DNA of 61,570 nt, filler included, from Gonapodya sp. JEL0774 (GCA_027604505.1; 17 parts of 17 records of this genome joined end to end with filler, not necessarily neighbours in it); one strand, 5' to 3'. Positions 1-12,038 are shown, numbered from the whole stretch's first letter. Made by a program: numbers and translations. Notes: generated from the sequence alone by a model not told the origin.

Positions 1-1681
1 GACCATGCGCCTCCGTCGATGGTCTTCTTTGCCTTTTGTCCCGACTCCAGAATCTGAGTGAGTTGGACTCCCCAACCTTGCTGGGATGCGTCCGTTGTCA
101 AGATCGCATCTATTGTCGGTGTCAAATATGAGATCCCGTTGTGTCGTTCCAGCTGTGGTAAAATCTCGCGAGCTGTCTGGCGTGTCTCTGCTGATATCGT
201 GATAACCGTGTCCCAGTCGGTGTTGTGCTGGAGAGCTGCCCGTATGGAGCGGAGGAGTGGTCGTGCTAGCAGAAGGGACTGTTGAAGTCCCTCCTTCATT
301 GAAATCAAAGTTCCCGCTACACGAGCCATCTGTCGCGCTGAGAGCTGCTGATTGTTGAGCAGGCTGCGGAGCATCCGACGAAGTTTGCGAAGTTTTTCTG
401 TGGGGATTCGGATTTCTTTCTTGAGGTAGTCCCACTCGAAACCCAGGAAATTGATCCTTGTCACTGGAAGAAGGACCATCTTTTGATGCTTGAATCGATA
501 TCCCAGCCATTGAAAGACTTGGATTGAAAACGCCGTCTGCATCAAGCCTTCGTTCTCTCCCGGAGATGGGTTGGTGCTGTCGTCTACGTATAGAATGAAC
601 ACGATCCCGTTCGCTCGAACTATCCCGGCTGGAACTCGAGTCGTCTTGTAGAAGTCGTGTGGTATGCTTCAGCATAAATTGAGACCCACGAGCACGTTTT
701 CATATAAAAGCTGAGAAGTGCAATTGCTCATGGGGCTCACCATTTCATTCCGAAGACTGCTGCCAACAAATGAAATACCCGACCGCACGCGCGAATGCGC
801 AAGTACGGGTAATCTTTCTCTTGATGTGCCAGATGATGAAACGCGTCGGCAATGTCTGTCTTGGTCGCGTGTGTGTACAGGTTGGACCGGAGGATCTCGC
901 GGAGTGTCTGTGCTGTATCCATCCGGAATGGTTGATCTACGAGGTTCTGATTGAACTCTGTGAAGTCTGCGATGGGTCGTTTCTTGTTGCCCTGTTCGAT
1001 GACAAACATCGGTGTGTAGTGGGTTCCCGGTTTGGCTTGGCCGTCGTCCCTTGGGAGCTCCACTGCCACGCCTTTCTGGATCCACTCCTCCATGTTGGAG
1101 GCGAGGGCTTCGTCTAAGGTTGACTCCAACCGGTACTCTTTTGTCATTCGTTGTGGGCGAGGACGGGAGGTTGCTAGGGGAATGATGATCCCCTCGCCTA
1201 TTGTCGTGAGTACCCACCGATCGCTTGTGACCATTTTCCATCTGGGGAGGAAATGACGTAAGCGGCCTCCCACGGGTAGCGATGGTGCTGGGTGGGGAAG
1301 GACTTGCTCCAATAGACTCGCGCGCCGATCTAGATCTGGTTCGGTATACGCCTGTCGAACTAGCTGAAGAAACTGATTCCACGACTGTTGAGATGGGAAG
1401 GTACGTTTCTGCCACTCTTCGTACCACCTCTCGCGGGGAATGCCTTCGTTCGCAATGTCTTCGATCTTGTTGCTTGTAGGATTGATCAAATGAAGAGTTT
1501 GTTGATTGATGCTGAGTGTTTGTGCTGTGGGCACTGCGAAGATCGGACGGGTGGCAGGCGTCTCTGAGGCCCACTCCAACCAGCCGTCCATGTATTCGAC
1601 GGGGACCGTCGGTTCGTCTAAGAGAGGATCGTTGGTCTCTGGATCCTGTGTTTGGCGATATTCGTCTATTTCCTGGAGCAC
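1..1681 (-). CDS. Reverse transcriptase-RNase H, two exons (intron 740-667), 3' partial
   Basis: Splicing GTGAGC...GCTGAAG joins FGMK-C-IPHDFYKTTRVPAGIVRANGIVFILYVDD. The frame stays open to position 1. The start is uncertain because the frame is also open upstream to ~2095. Confidence 0.88.
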
Positions 1682-1767
1682 TGTCGCTGCCAGGTCCCCT
1701 CCATACTCCGCCGACGAGACGAACGTCGCTGGCCTGTATGTTGTCGTCAGTGGAGTGTTGGGGGGCT

Positions 1768-3552
1768 CTAGGCGCGGCCGCGGCTCCTGCCGCGACCCCC
1801 CCGAAAACCCAAGCCTGCTGATTTGTCTGCAGGTGTGGGTGAGCTTTCTGAGCCTCCTGCAATCTCGTATGAGCCACCATCGTATTGGGGTTTGCGGTAG
1901 TAAGGCCCTCGTGACCCGTAGCCACCTCGAGGTTTGTATCCGCCACTGCGGTAAGGCGGATACTGAGATCGATTTTTGTATGAGTACCGCGTACTTTTCC
2001 CGCGCCCACGGTAGCCTTTGGCGCTGTCCAAAAAGGGCTTGGAGTGGCTGGACTGCAATTTCTTGAGTGCGACTGAGAGCTCGCGGCCGTGGCTGTCAAG
2101 CAATGGGACATCTTTGGCCGCAAGAAGCTCAATGGGTTTTGAGAAGTCGTAAGAGCCGTCTGCAAGAGTGGGTCGAGAACCTGACCACACCGGGTTGGTG
2201 CCAGAACGTGGGTGATGTGTTTCCAGCTCGTCCTTAGGGTCACCTAGCCGGAGGACGTTCTTTATCTTCTGAACTGTTATGTCAGATGTGACTACCGACG
2301 AGTGCATAGCATTGAGGACCACAACATCAAGTGCTGTGTTCAGTAGGCCGTTGCGACGACGTTCAGTGTGTTTCTGCATCCGGAGGATTGTGTGAGCGAG
2401 CCTCCAGACAAGATCAATGGCTTCGTCCTCCAGCTTCGGAGCTGGGGACTCCGCTAGTGTAGGTTCTACACCGTCTGCGGGGGGAACAGCCGGCTCTGCT
2501 TTGACCACTTTCTTTGGTGGCCGTTGGTTGATGTCTATGTCATAAACATCGTGGAGACGAGCCCGGACTTCATTGAGGAGGGTGTCTGGGAATGCTTGAT
2601 CATCATCAAGCTTGTCGGTCAACTCTTGTAAGAGGTGTGCTGCGAGTACGTTAGCTTTGAATCCCACAAGGGCCATCTCGTCAGCGTTGTCCAGATTTGC
2701 CTGTTGATTCTTGAGTTTTGATGCAAGAGTTGCCATGTCGCGACTCCGAGAGGTGGAGCGACCACCCTTCATGACGTCCTTGAACACTGTCGGGGATGTC
2801 TTAAGTGTCTGGACTTCTTTGTGGAAAGCATATGTTTGGAAATGACGAGTGAGGTTCGTTAGAGGAACCGTCGAGAAAGGAGTTTTGACGTGGTGCAAGC
2901 GGTCAAGGCCCAAGAGGTTCTCAGACACTTTTAGGTGCACTGGAAGTTTTGCGGGTGCAGGCTCAAAACGGGCAAACGCTGATTCATTCTTTCTGCGACG
3001 ACGACGTGGTTGCTCTGCACTGTCTTCATCGGAGGTGCCATCGCGGCGCTTCCGTTTGTCTTTAAGAGCCTGACGTTCCGATTCGGACATGTCGTCCTGA
3101 GACTCGTCAGAGTATGCATCTTCGTCTTCGTAGTCAAGATCGCCTTCCTCGTCATATTCGGACTCTTCGTCTTCATCAGAGATGACGCCACCCTGTCGCA
3201 CAACAGGAACACCCTCCTCGTCGGAGTGGGGTGCAGGATTTTCCGGTGTGTGGACACTGCCAGTACTTGAACCAGATGCTTGCGAGTGGATGCTGATAGT
3301 CGATAGAGCTCGGCGCATATTGCGGCGGCGTTTATTCGCGTTTTCAGCGTAGGTGTCTAGCCGGGCATCCGGGTCCGACATGGAACGGTTGCGGCGTCTG
3401 CGTGTAGCCTGGATCTGAAACTCCAGCTCCTCGCGTTCCAATTGTTGTTTGAGATGACGCATCTGATGGGCGTGTTCTTCGTCCGTCAGAAGTGGCACTG
3501 CAGTCACTGGGACTGTGCAAAACAACATATGCGGACAGAAATAAGAATTCAT
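1768..3552 (-). CDS. Gag-like ORF1 of the DIRS element (possibly 5' partial)
   Basis: 594-aa ORF directly upstream of and overlapping the RT frame. Acidic/basic low-complexity N-terminus and RGG/YR-rich C-terminus (RNA-binding-like). Confidence 0.7.
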   Translation of the reverse strand: MNSYFCPHMLFCTVPVTAVPLLTDEEHAHQMRHLKQQLEREELEFQIQATRRRRNRSMSDPDARLDTYAENANKRRRNMRRALSTISIHSQASGSSTGSVHTPENPAPHSDEEGVPVVRQGGVISDEDEESEYDEEGDLDYEDEDAYSDESQDDMSESERQALKDKRKRRDGTSDEDSAEQPRRRRRKNESAFARFEPAPAKLPVHLKVSENLLGLDRLHHVKTPFSTVPLTNLTRHFQTYAFHKEVQTLKTSPTVFKDVMKGGRSTSRSRDMATLASKLKNQQANLDNADEMALVGFKANVLAAHLLQELTDKLDDDQAFPDTLLNEVRARLHDVYDIDINQRPPKKVVKAEPAVPPADGVEPTLAESPAPKLEDEAIDLVWRLAHTILRMQKHTERRRNGLLNTALDVVVLNAMHSSVVTSDITVQKIKNVLRLGDPKDELETHHPRSGTNPVWSGSRPTLADGSYDFSKPIELLAAKDVPLLDSHGRELSVALKKLQSSHSKPFLDSAKGYRGRGKSTRYSYKNRSQYPPYRSGGYKPRGGYGSRGPYYRKPQYDGGSYEIAGGSESSPTPADKSAGLGFRGGRGRSRGRA

Positions 3553-3554
3553 TT

Positions 3555-3654
3555 NNNNNNNNNNNNNNNNNNNNNNNNNNNNNNNNNNNNNNNNNNNNTT
3601 AATTAATTAANNNNNNNNNNNNNNNNNNNNNNNNNNNNNNNNNNNNNNNNNNNN
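3555..3654. other. Artificial contig linker (N44-TTAATTAATTAA-N44); 16 copies in the window
   Basis: Identical 100-nt spacer also at 7202, 10847, 14488, 18127, 21766, 25404, 29040, 32665, 36289, 39910, 43527, 47143, 50754, 54360 and 57966. It has stops in all frames. Confidence 0.99.
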
Positions 3655-3655
3655 A

Positions 3656-6600
3656 TTAAATCGAAACGTAACCATCAGTAGCATGAATCTTTGACGTTTA
3701 TGTAACACCGTGATCAACATCACGTGGTTACGAGATCGGGGAGTCCGAAGCACGACCCCAATGGCACCTGGCATTGGTCAAATTCTTCAGCTTCGCTGGA
3801 AGGATCAATTATCTTCGCAAGGCACTTGGGATGCTTTGAAGCTGAGTTGATGTAGAACTTCGCTGGGCCGGTGATTGGTATAAATCCTCAATTCGGAGCT
3901 TCTACTACATCACATCCGCAGTGCAATCACTATCCACAATACCGACGATCAGCACCAAAAAAAGAACCAAAATGAGTCACCATTCTGTAGCCGTGAGTAA
4001 CATAATCCTCTGGCTCCCTCTGGCTCCTGGTATAAGGGGGATCCCCGTTTCACGTTCATGCATCGTCATTTCATCTCACATTGTCCGATCCTCTTCTCCT
4101 GTCAATCACACCACTCAGCAAACATAACATTACATGTAAAGGAACACTCTCGCAGGTGGAACGTCTACCAGAGCCGGTGGGACTATGAGCAGGAAGAAGA
4201 ACTGAAGTTTGACAACATCACATACCATTCAACACTTGACCAATCGCTGCCAAATGTTTTGGGTACAAAGACAAGTGTAAATTGTGCAGTTCTCATGGAG
4301 ACAAGTGTTGCAACTCTTGTGGAGGAGCAGCAGGAGTCGTATGGGAAGTCGAGGAGCAAGGTAGGTGACCCACTCAGCCGTCCCTGATGACCTAGTTCAC
4401 ACAACTGCTCCTTTTGCCACCTCCATAACAGGGTCTTTTTCTTGAAGGTTATCATCCCGACTCCTCGACCCATCTCCTTACAGATCTTGATGACCGCGAC
4501 GCTTGGACGAGCGAACCAGCAAGCGACGAATCGGAGGGGATATGTGTGACGCACCAGGAGCTGAGCAACACGCTCAACGCAGACGCGGAAGAAGAGATGG
4601 CAAAGGTGCTGGACCGGAATTCAACATTGTCGTCGGTGATGGTGAGTATGTTGAAGCACATGGAGGCTTGATGAGTGTCTATCCATTCGCTAGTTACTGA
4701 CTTTGCGGTGACTGATTTGTTTCAGCTTGTCGCCACCACTGTCGATTCGTTGCTGATCCCCGTATGTTTCGTTGCTGTCATTCCACAAACAAGAGCGCAT
4801 CGGTTTTCTTATGTGCTCATCTCCTAAATACTGTTTGTGTTATGTATCTCTCTTTCAAAGACTGATCTCGCAAGCTCGGCTTGGCTCCCTAAACCGTTGA
4901 TTCCTACTCCAAGCACCGAGGCCGTGATGATAACCGGATCTGGCACAAAATCGTGATATGGGTATTGCAGAGGGTGATTCTGACTGGGAGTGGGCAGTGC
5001 TCGGGAAAGGGGGAGCAAAGACAGATGAGGTGGAAGAGGAGACAGTGAGTGGGAGAAAAGATCCTTGCTGGTCGGCGCCGTGAGGCAGATTTTGAGGCAA
5101 AATTATCACCTGCGCATCAAATATTCCGACCATTTTAGACTCGACCTCCCTCTGTCTTTCCTTTGTACTGCCCCTACCACGCAGGTGAGAAACTCTTTGT
5201 GCTATTCTTGAGCAGCAGCGCTCATACTGGAAGACCTCAAAATTCAGACTCTTGCTCCACTGCCACGGCAAACGTGGAATCCTATCTTCCCTTTCTGCGC
5301 CGGCTTTCCTCCGTTGGCAGCCAAGGATGGACTCGATGATGGGATTGGACGGGCTGGAGGCCCTGTTCTCCATTTCTGAGCAAGATAGTGGTCTGAAGGA
5401 CCGACAACAAGATAGATCTGCGATTGGCGGAATGCCCGAGGTGGATGTTGCGGGAGATGCCGTTGCTGAACGTTTTGTCTTGATTGGGTGCAAGGAGCCC
5501 CTCCAATTTGCGCAGATCGCTAGTGGGATCAAGCTGTTGGATAAGTGCAAAGTCGAGCGTGTGGTCAAAATCTTAGCCAGCGGGTGGACTGCCCGGGCGG
5601 TGAGATCGGTTGTTGATGAGGCAAACGACCAGGAGTTGCCATACTGCCAGTTCGAAGGGGCAGGTCCAAAGTTGGCGATGGTGAGTTCATTATCACTTTT
5701 GAGTGTGTTTGTCGGTTCCAGAAAACCCACTTTTTCGCACGGAACTGCCTCGAAACCGTAATTTTTAGTTCAACCCTTGCTCTTGCTCGTTCTTGGCCCC
5801 CATATGGGACTCCCCATGCGACACCAACACCGTCAGTTCTCCCATACACGACTTTTGTACCTTCAATTCCGATATGGAATCTGCAATTTTAGTAGGGGTT
5901 ATTGAGTTTGACAAGCATCCGGTGAGGTTTTGACGATAGTGTGGGAAGTGAAGTCGGCCAAGAGACGGAGGTGGCTCCAAAAACTGAAAACAGTCATATA
6001 GCCACACTGGAGGCCCAGTTTTGGTCAGCTGAAGTACGGCGGTACGAGATGCTGCAGGTGGTGCCAACAAGTCCGGGGCACGAGGAGCTTCTACCATGGA
6101 CGGGCGATTTGCTACCGACATGGCTTTTCGCGTCAATGGGGCTGGAACCAGAGGCCGATTCCAGATCGAGAAGCCAGGAATGTACAGTGGGAACGGTGAG
6201 TGGCTTGCCGCTCAGTCTCCACCACATATTAGGTCTCGACCACCATTTCTTTCTCTGAATCCAAATAGACCTCTCACTGTGACGCATTTCTTCCCGTTGT
6301 CGACTCAACAGGACGAGATGGGGTGGATGTCGGCGGTGGTGCCGAAGAACATGAAATTGTTGATATTGGTGCGGAGACGTGCACGGAGGCGTGCGCAGAG
6401 TCGGTATCTTTGATAGGTTTCTTGTTGAATGCGAGCGATTGTGTGGAGGAGCGTGGATGCTGCACGGTGATTGATTTGGAATACAAGGTGGAAACTGCTG
6501 TTGCCATTAGAGACATGCAACCGGGGGTAAAGGCTGGGACGGAGCTGGTAGAGGGGAACGCAGATTGCCGAAGAATGAACAATGATTTGCTGCTTGGAGA

Positions 6601-7201
6601 TATGAAGGTGGTGTTGATGAATTCTTCGATGGGAGCAATGGTGTTTGCACCTGCTACCGCCAACCACGTTGTGCAGTTTGGGAGGCGCTCAAGGTGAGAT
6701 GGGATTCATTTTCACTTTCTTTCTCGCTTATGATTTGATGGACCTAACCTGCCTTATGCCGTTTGTTTGGTCTCTCCCCTCCATTCGGTTGTGTTCTTGT
6801 TATCACATCCCCACCCCTCCATGGTATCATTCTGGTCATTCGGATTTCTCCCACTCTCGTTCTGTCTATGGATGCATGTAACTTATGTAGCCCGGCCATT
6901 GAACAGAGGAGAGACTGTCGCTGGGAGTGGTGGCGTGGGAACGAGGAGAGAGAGGATGGTTAGTGAATGGAACCGACAGGGAACGCAGCCTGGGAGAACT
7001 TTGTAGAAGATACTGGTGCAAGGGTGTATTTAATCTATTTATTCTATTGTATCTGTATCTCTGTAAGTGAAGTTGCTCTTTCTCCCACTTGACTCGCGAA
7101 TATGATGGTTCGGATCCCCCGATCTCATAACACGTGATGTTGATCACGGTGTTACATAAACGTCAAAGATTCATGCTAATGATGGTTACGTTTCGATTTA
7201 A
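3656..7201. mobile_element. Segment bounded by ~93-bp terminal inverted repeats; putative non-autonomous TIR element carrying a gene
   Basis: 3656-~3749 (TTAAATCGAAACGTAACCATCAGTAGCATGAATCTTTGACG...) is the reverse complement of ~7109-7201, with only a few mismatches. Confidence 0.7.
3972..6697 (+). pseudogene. Multi-exon gene of unknown family inside the inverted repeats, disrupted in the middle
   Basis: TATA-like site at ~3878 and ATG at 3972. The first exons splice in phase (MSHHSVA|EHSRRWNVYQ...SRSK|GLFLEGYHPD...LSSVM|LVATTVDSLLIP). Stops and frameshifts follow from ~4950 to 6000, with coding-like blocks at 5252-5680 and 6323-6697. Confidence 0.5.
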
Positions 7202-7301
7202 NNNNNNNNNNNNNNNNNNNNNNNNNNNNNNNNNNNNNNNNNNNNTTAATTAATTAANNNNNNNNNNNNNNNNNNNNNNNNNNNNNNNNNNNNNNNNNNN
7301 N

Positions 7302-7916
7302 AGCCTTCGAATGGTATCTGAAAGCTGCCATGCAAGGTCACCCAGGTGCTCAGAACAACGTCGGTGAGTATTGGAAGCGGTAGTTCCTCCCTGTCAGTCT
7401 AAGTATAAATGTCATTGTTGCAGGGTACTGCTACCAATACGGCAAGGGCACGGAAAAGAACATGGAGAAAGCTATCGAGGCTTACAAGATGGCTGGAGAC
7501 GGCGGCAACGCAAACGCACAATACAACTTGGTACGTGGCTTCGAGATATCACTTGTTCTTCACTCCAAGCTCACAGATTACGTACTTGCACCTTCAAGGG
7601 CATCTTCTGCTTTACTGGAGAGTACACACCACGCAACTACGAGAAGGCCGTCCGGTACTGGGCTGCCGCCGCCGAATCCGGTCACGACAAGGCTGCGTAC
7701 AACTTAGCATTCTGCTACGAAAAGGGATACGGAGTGACGAAGGATCTGCAAAAGGCAATGAAAGGCTACAAACGTGAGTTCAACTTAACCTCTTCAGCAC
7801 GCTTGATATGGTTCTCACAGACGACCCGTTTCTCGTCATCAGTGGCGGGATCTCTAGGCCACGCCGGGGCGGCAGAAAAACTAAGGGAGTTGATGTACCA
7901 ATTGAGCTCCAATTAG
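7302..7916 (+). CDS. Sel1-like repeat protein, 3' part, intron-containing
   Basis: [80 protein letters not shown]. Confidence 0.9.
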
Positions 7917-9205
7917 TTGGTGACAGTGGTTCGGAGCAGGGTTTTGGAGTGGGCAATCAGTGCGAGCACCCGCTCAGAAAGATCTGCAGCAAACGTCGGC
8001 TGGGACGGCACGTCATCGATCCCGCGTTTTTGCTTATTAATTTGAACAGTATGGTCAACAGTCTGTACATGGAGGAGACATCATGGATGTAATAATAATT
8101 TGTTTACGCCAGGTATAGAATTGGAAGACTAAGACAATGCAAAGCAGATGCACCGAGAAACAACATTTCGGGAGCAGAACGCTCATCGCTTGTTTGAGCT
8201 TCTCTCGGGAGGTAACTCATGTGCAATAATATGGATGGTGTTTCTGGATCGATCAACATGCACAGGAACAGGAACATCGTACATGCAACGACTTGCGGGT
8301 CCTCTGCCTTCTGGAGCGCCAGGTATAAGTCCCATGCGGCCCATACGTTTTGCTGGGAATGACAGTCGGTGGGCCGCCCGAGAGGCCAACACAAGGACCT
8401 AAACGCTCCAATTCCCATAGTGACCGAGGGCAAATCGCAAACACAGGGTGGGGATTTCGGATTGTACGAGGATAGGAATAGGTGGGATTCCACGAAATTG
8501 TTCTCTGTTCAGACATCGAAGCATGGACTGGACTACACAGCAACCCCCTCTACACTGGCCTTCTCGCGCGCAACAATTCATTCACTGTCCGTCTTTCTCA
8601 CTCCCATATTTACGTCGCCGTCCCCAGACCATCAATTTCGGGCCGAATTCGCGCCTCCCTACGCTTAGGTGCTCCCTTTCCTAACCACATCCACGAGATC
8701 CTCAAGGTGATCTCACTTCCTTTGCGTTCGATACGGGCTTGTCTTGCTCTCCGGCACCAGCGATTGACGTTGAACCGCTTTCGCAGTCCCAAAAACGGGG
8801 CGCGGAGCGGTAAAGGAGGGAGGATGGGGGCTCACAGCTCTCACTGTCGCAAACTCACGTCAGCAATGCGAGGAAGGTCGGGGCGAAATATCGAGCAAAA
8901 GCCAATCTTGCAATTTTCTGTTGCATCGGTACCAATATTTCGATTGCTCCGTCGTGCACCTCTCTGGCGTCTACGCGAACGGGGGTTGCAATTGAGAGGC
9001 ATCCCTTGAGAAGGGTTTCCACGGATGAGATGCAAACCGCAAAGACCATCAGAAGTTACAGGCAGTCTCACATAGCTAAAGTTGAGCAGCACGCTTCGGT
9101 TGCTTCGAGAATGAGGGTCGCACTTGATGTGGCAGCCATCCCTTGAGAAGGTTTCTCCCAAGGTTGCTCGTGGCCATCTGCTGTCTGTCAGTACTAGTGA
9201 CGACA

Positions 9206-10118
9206 TCAAGCTACAAAGAAGTCCTCACCTTCCGACACCGCCACCGAACCAAAAGACTCCGAATCGCTCTCGTAGGCATCGTCATCGTTCTCCCCACCTC
9301 CCTTGCAGTGCTTGGTTACTGCATACCAAACTGAAACTCCAGAAGGGCCGCGTCGGCAAAGTGGTCCGCCCAAGGGCGGTTTGTTCGGCCTACAAGTCCT
9401 CCTGGAACGAGTACCTTGGTTCCATGGAGACCGGAGAGTTCATCGTCAGGGGCGAGTACGAAGACCTCGTAGCCCGAAGATGGCGTGCGACGAACGATAG
9501 ACATGCGACCCTTGTCAAATGCCGAGTTGAGAAATTCTCGCAGCAACAGCCCGTTTGCGAGGCTGTTGAACCCGCGCTCCACTTCACATTCTGCACGTTC
9601 TGTGGGTAAGAGTCCAAGGCGCCTTCCGCCGAGACGGGGATTATGTGGCACGCGTTGAGCAGGTCCCGGCCAACGTGGCCTGTGACGATACAGCATCGGT
9701 CCCTTTGCATGAGGGCCTCCCTGAAATCGTCCTGTCCAGGTCGATTCTGATCCTGCCTCGCTGACGAACCACCAGATGTGAGAGATCCTTGAGAGCCCGG
9801 ACCCTTTTTGGTTCCCGGAATGTCTTCTTCGGCAGGGGGGGTGGATGGCTGGGAACGCTTTCTCGAGGGCAAAAGAGCTGGGTTCCCGGGTTTGAACAGC
9901 GGCGGAGACGAGAGCAAGTAGTGAACGTCCGAACGAAGTCGGACATTTCCGGTCAGGGCAGTGCCCGGAGGCTCGAGAATCGTTGGGACAGGAGTCTGGA
10001 GAAGGGCATCAAGGACAAGTTGGACGTCTCCGAGAGAGCGCGTGCCGTCTATAGCGGGAACGACAATGGGGCGACCGGCGTTGCCGTTCCAATTGAGAAC
10101 GATGCGGCGGCCTTCCAT
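9206..10118 (-). pseudogene. HNH_2 endonuclease (Crinkler/CR-effector-like), two frameshifts
   Basis: QDDFREALMQRDRCCIVTG...ACHIIP, then a frameshift near 9570-9600 to FNSLANGLLLREFLNSAFDKG, then a second frameshift near 9325 to AVTKHCKGGGE and an acidic tail. Confidence 0.75.
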
Positions 10119-10946
10119 GTGTTTTGGGAGGAAAACTCGCAAAAGCCGATGCCACGCAGTTTGTATGACTCGGCAAAAAAGAAAGGATAATAAGCGACGA
10201 CACCCGCGAGACGCCAGAGGACCCTGGGGATCGACGTGCAGGGATGTGGGCTCGCGATTCCGTGTACTGTTCTTCTGGCCTGGATATATTGGTCTCCTTT
10301 GACGCCAAAACAGTATGATTATCAAAAATAAACATTACTGCGAGAGTGAAGATACGGTATGGTCACCTACATTCATTAAAGACAGATATTTGTATGCTGT
10401 AGTCTCCGGTGTCTTTCCGTATACGAACTATTATGCTTGAAACTAGCAATCTGAAGTACAGGAGGCAATGTACAGATTACAGAATACTACATTGTTAGTA
10501 CTGACTCTCATGTATCTATTCTTTTTGTTTTATGTTAACCTTTCATAAACATTCTGTCACAACAACCGGAATCGAACGTCCGACGGAGTCACTCACGCCC
10601 AGTTCCGAGTTGAGCTGTGTCCACGTCTGTCAAATTTTTCTTGGAGATTCCCGGATATTCCAGTCGGATTTTTCTTCAACACTAGAACACTGGAGAGGAA
10701 GCCGTCATCCGGGAATTGATTCCTCTTTCCGACGGTAGCTGAACAGGAACATGTCGGCACCACGGGATGGTCGGAAACCTGGCTCGCAATCAGGAGACGT
10801 CGAAACCGCGTCTCGTCGAGTGAAGCAGCTAGCATCGAGTTTCCAANNNNNNNNNNNNNNNNNNNNNNNNNNNNNNNNNNNNNNNNNNNNTTAATTAATT
10901 AANNNNNNNNNNNNNNNNNNNNNNNNNNNNNNNNNNNNNNNNNNNN

Positions 10947-11800
10947 CCCTTCACCACACCCAGATTGACATACAAGCCTTTTCCCACACTCTTTACATTC
11001 CTGAGAACAACCAAACTTGACATTGACCTGCTGCGCCACACAGGCCACAGTGATGACTCATCCAACCACTTTCCCAAATCATCTCTGGAGTCCAAATCCA
11101 GTGTATACAAATTATTGTGCCACCAATGGTATCATCCAAGACTTCACAAGAATCAAATGCAGTCTATGCAGATGACAGATTTGGTGCAGGGGAGAGACCA
11201 CCAGAATATGTGTAACATATTTCCAGATGAAGAGTCTGAAGTTCATCTCCAGATAATAAAACAAACAAATTCCTGGATTATAAAGCATACCAGGAATTGT
11301 GTGTGATGTCACAAATTTCAATCCATGAAATAAAACAGTAAGAGTACCACGTCCTTCTGCAAGAGACGTGGATTCAACATCTGCAAGTCCAATTTCAATT
11401 TGTTTGGGCTTAAAATTGGTAAGAAATTCACAACTTGGGCATATAGAATGCGAAGCCACAGTATCAACAAGAACTTGTAAATTACAGCCGTTTTGGGAAA
11501 GGTTCACCCCCCCCTTGAAACATGAAATTTTTCACCCCTAACCACGAAAATTCAAATAAATATAGCCCGTCTTCTGCCCAATCTCCTTCAAACTGGCTGG
11601 CCATCTACTAATATTCAACTGTCAATCTCCCTCATTCCTGGTCCCTCTGTGTCACGTTTCTGTCTGGAAGCATAAAGAAGACCGAGATGGAAAAGCATTT
11701 GACACGAAATTGCACATGTAAGCACCCTGTTTGACGGGGTTCTCAACAACAGCACCGTACTTCTGAACTGCAACTACCACCACTTTGCCGTCGCACAGGA
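10947..11800 (-). mobile_element. Degenerate Ty1/copia pol remnant (protease to integrase N-terminus)
   Basis: VLVDTVASHSICPSCEFLTNFKP...IGLADVESTSLAEGRGTLTV matches the copia protease pattern (DSGAS.H...A.G.G). The sequence has multiple stops and frameshifts and is CpG-poor. Confidence 0.65.
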
Positions 11801-12038
11801 TATGTAAAATATCCTAGCTACAGGTTTCAGTGATTCTCCATCGCCCAACTCCACAGAACACTCCAGCAAAGATCCGAACACCATACAGCTGCCATCCTCC
11901 ACCCAGTCAAGTGGTCCAATCTACTCTTATATGTAGATAGAAGGAAAAAAGTGAGCGAGAGGGAGCTTACGTGTGCGATACTGTGTCCAATGCTCTTTCG
12001 CCTCGGTCTTCTCCACGCTTCCAGACAGAATTGCAATG

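Larger units (their letters stand above)
1..3554 (-). mobile_element. DIRS-type (tyrosine-recombinase) retrotransposon, internal fragment with gag-like ORF1 and RT/RNase H; both ends cut by contig limits
   Basis: Minus strand reads VGGRLRHFLPRWK, TPMFVIEQGNKKRPIADF, KTDIADAFHH, FGMK, then ILYVDD (590-579), FLGFEWD and the RNase H motif ILTTDASQQGWG (~103-68). These motifs and the overlapping ORFs are typical of DIRS elements. No protease lies between gag and RT. The YR domain itself is not in the window. Confidence 0.9.

Noticed and set aside
4855..5730. 291-aa minus-strand ORF inside the TIR segment
   Set aside because: No motifs. Splice signals and coding-like composition point to the plus strand, so this is probably an antisense shadow.
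3656..7201. piggyBac assignment from TTAA at both ends
   Set aside because: The termini inside TTAA are ATCG/CGAT rather than CCY/RGG, no piggyBac transposase is visible, and TTAA may simply be part of the inverted repeat because the flanks are missing.
8104..9009. Overlapping ORFs between the Sel1 and HNH genes
   Set aside because: No motif support or coherent splice pattern.
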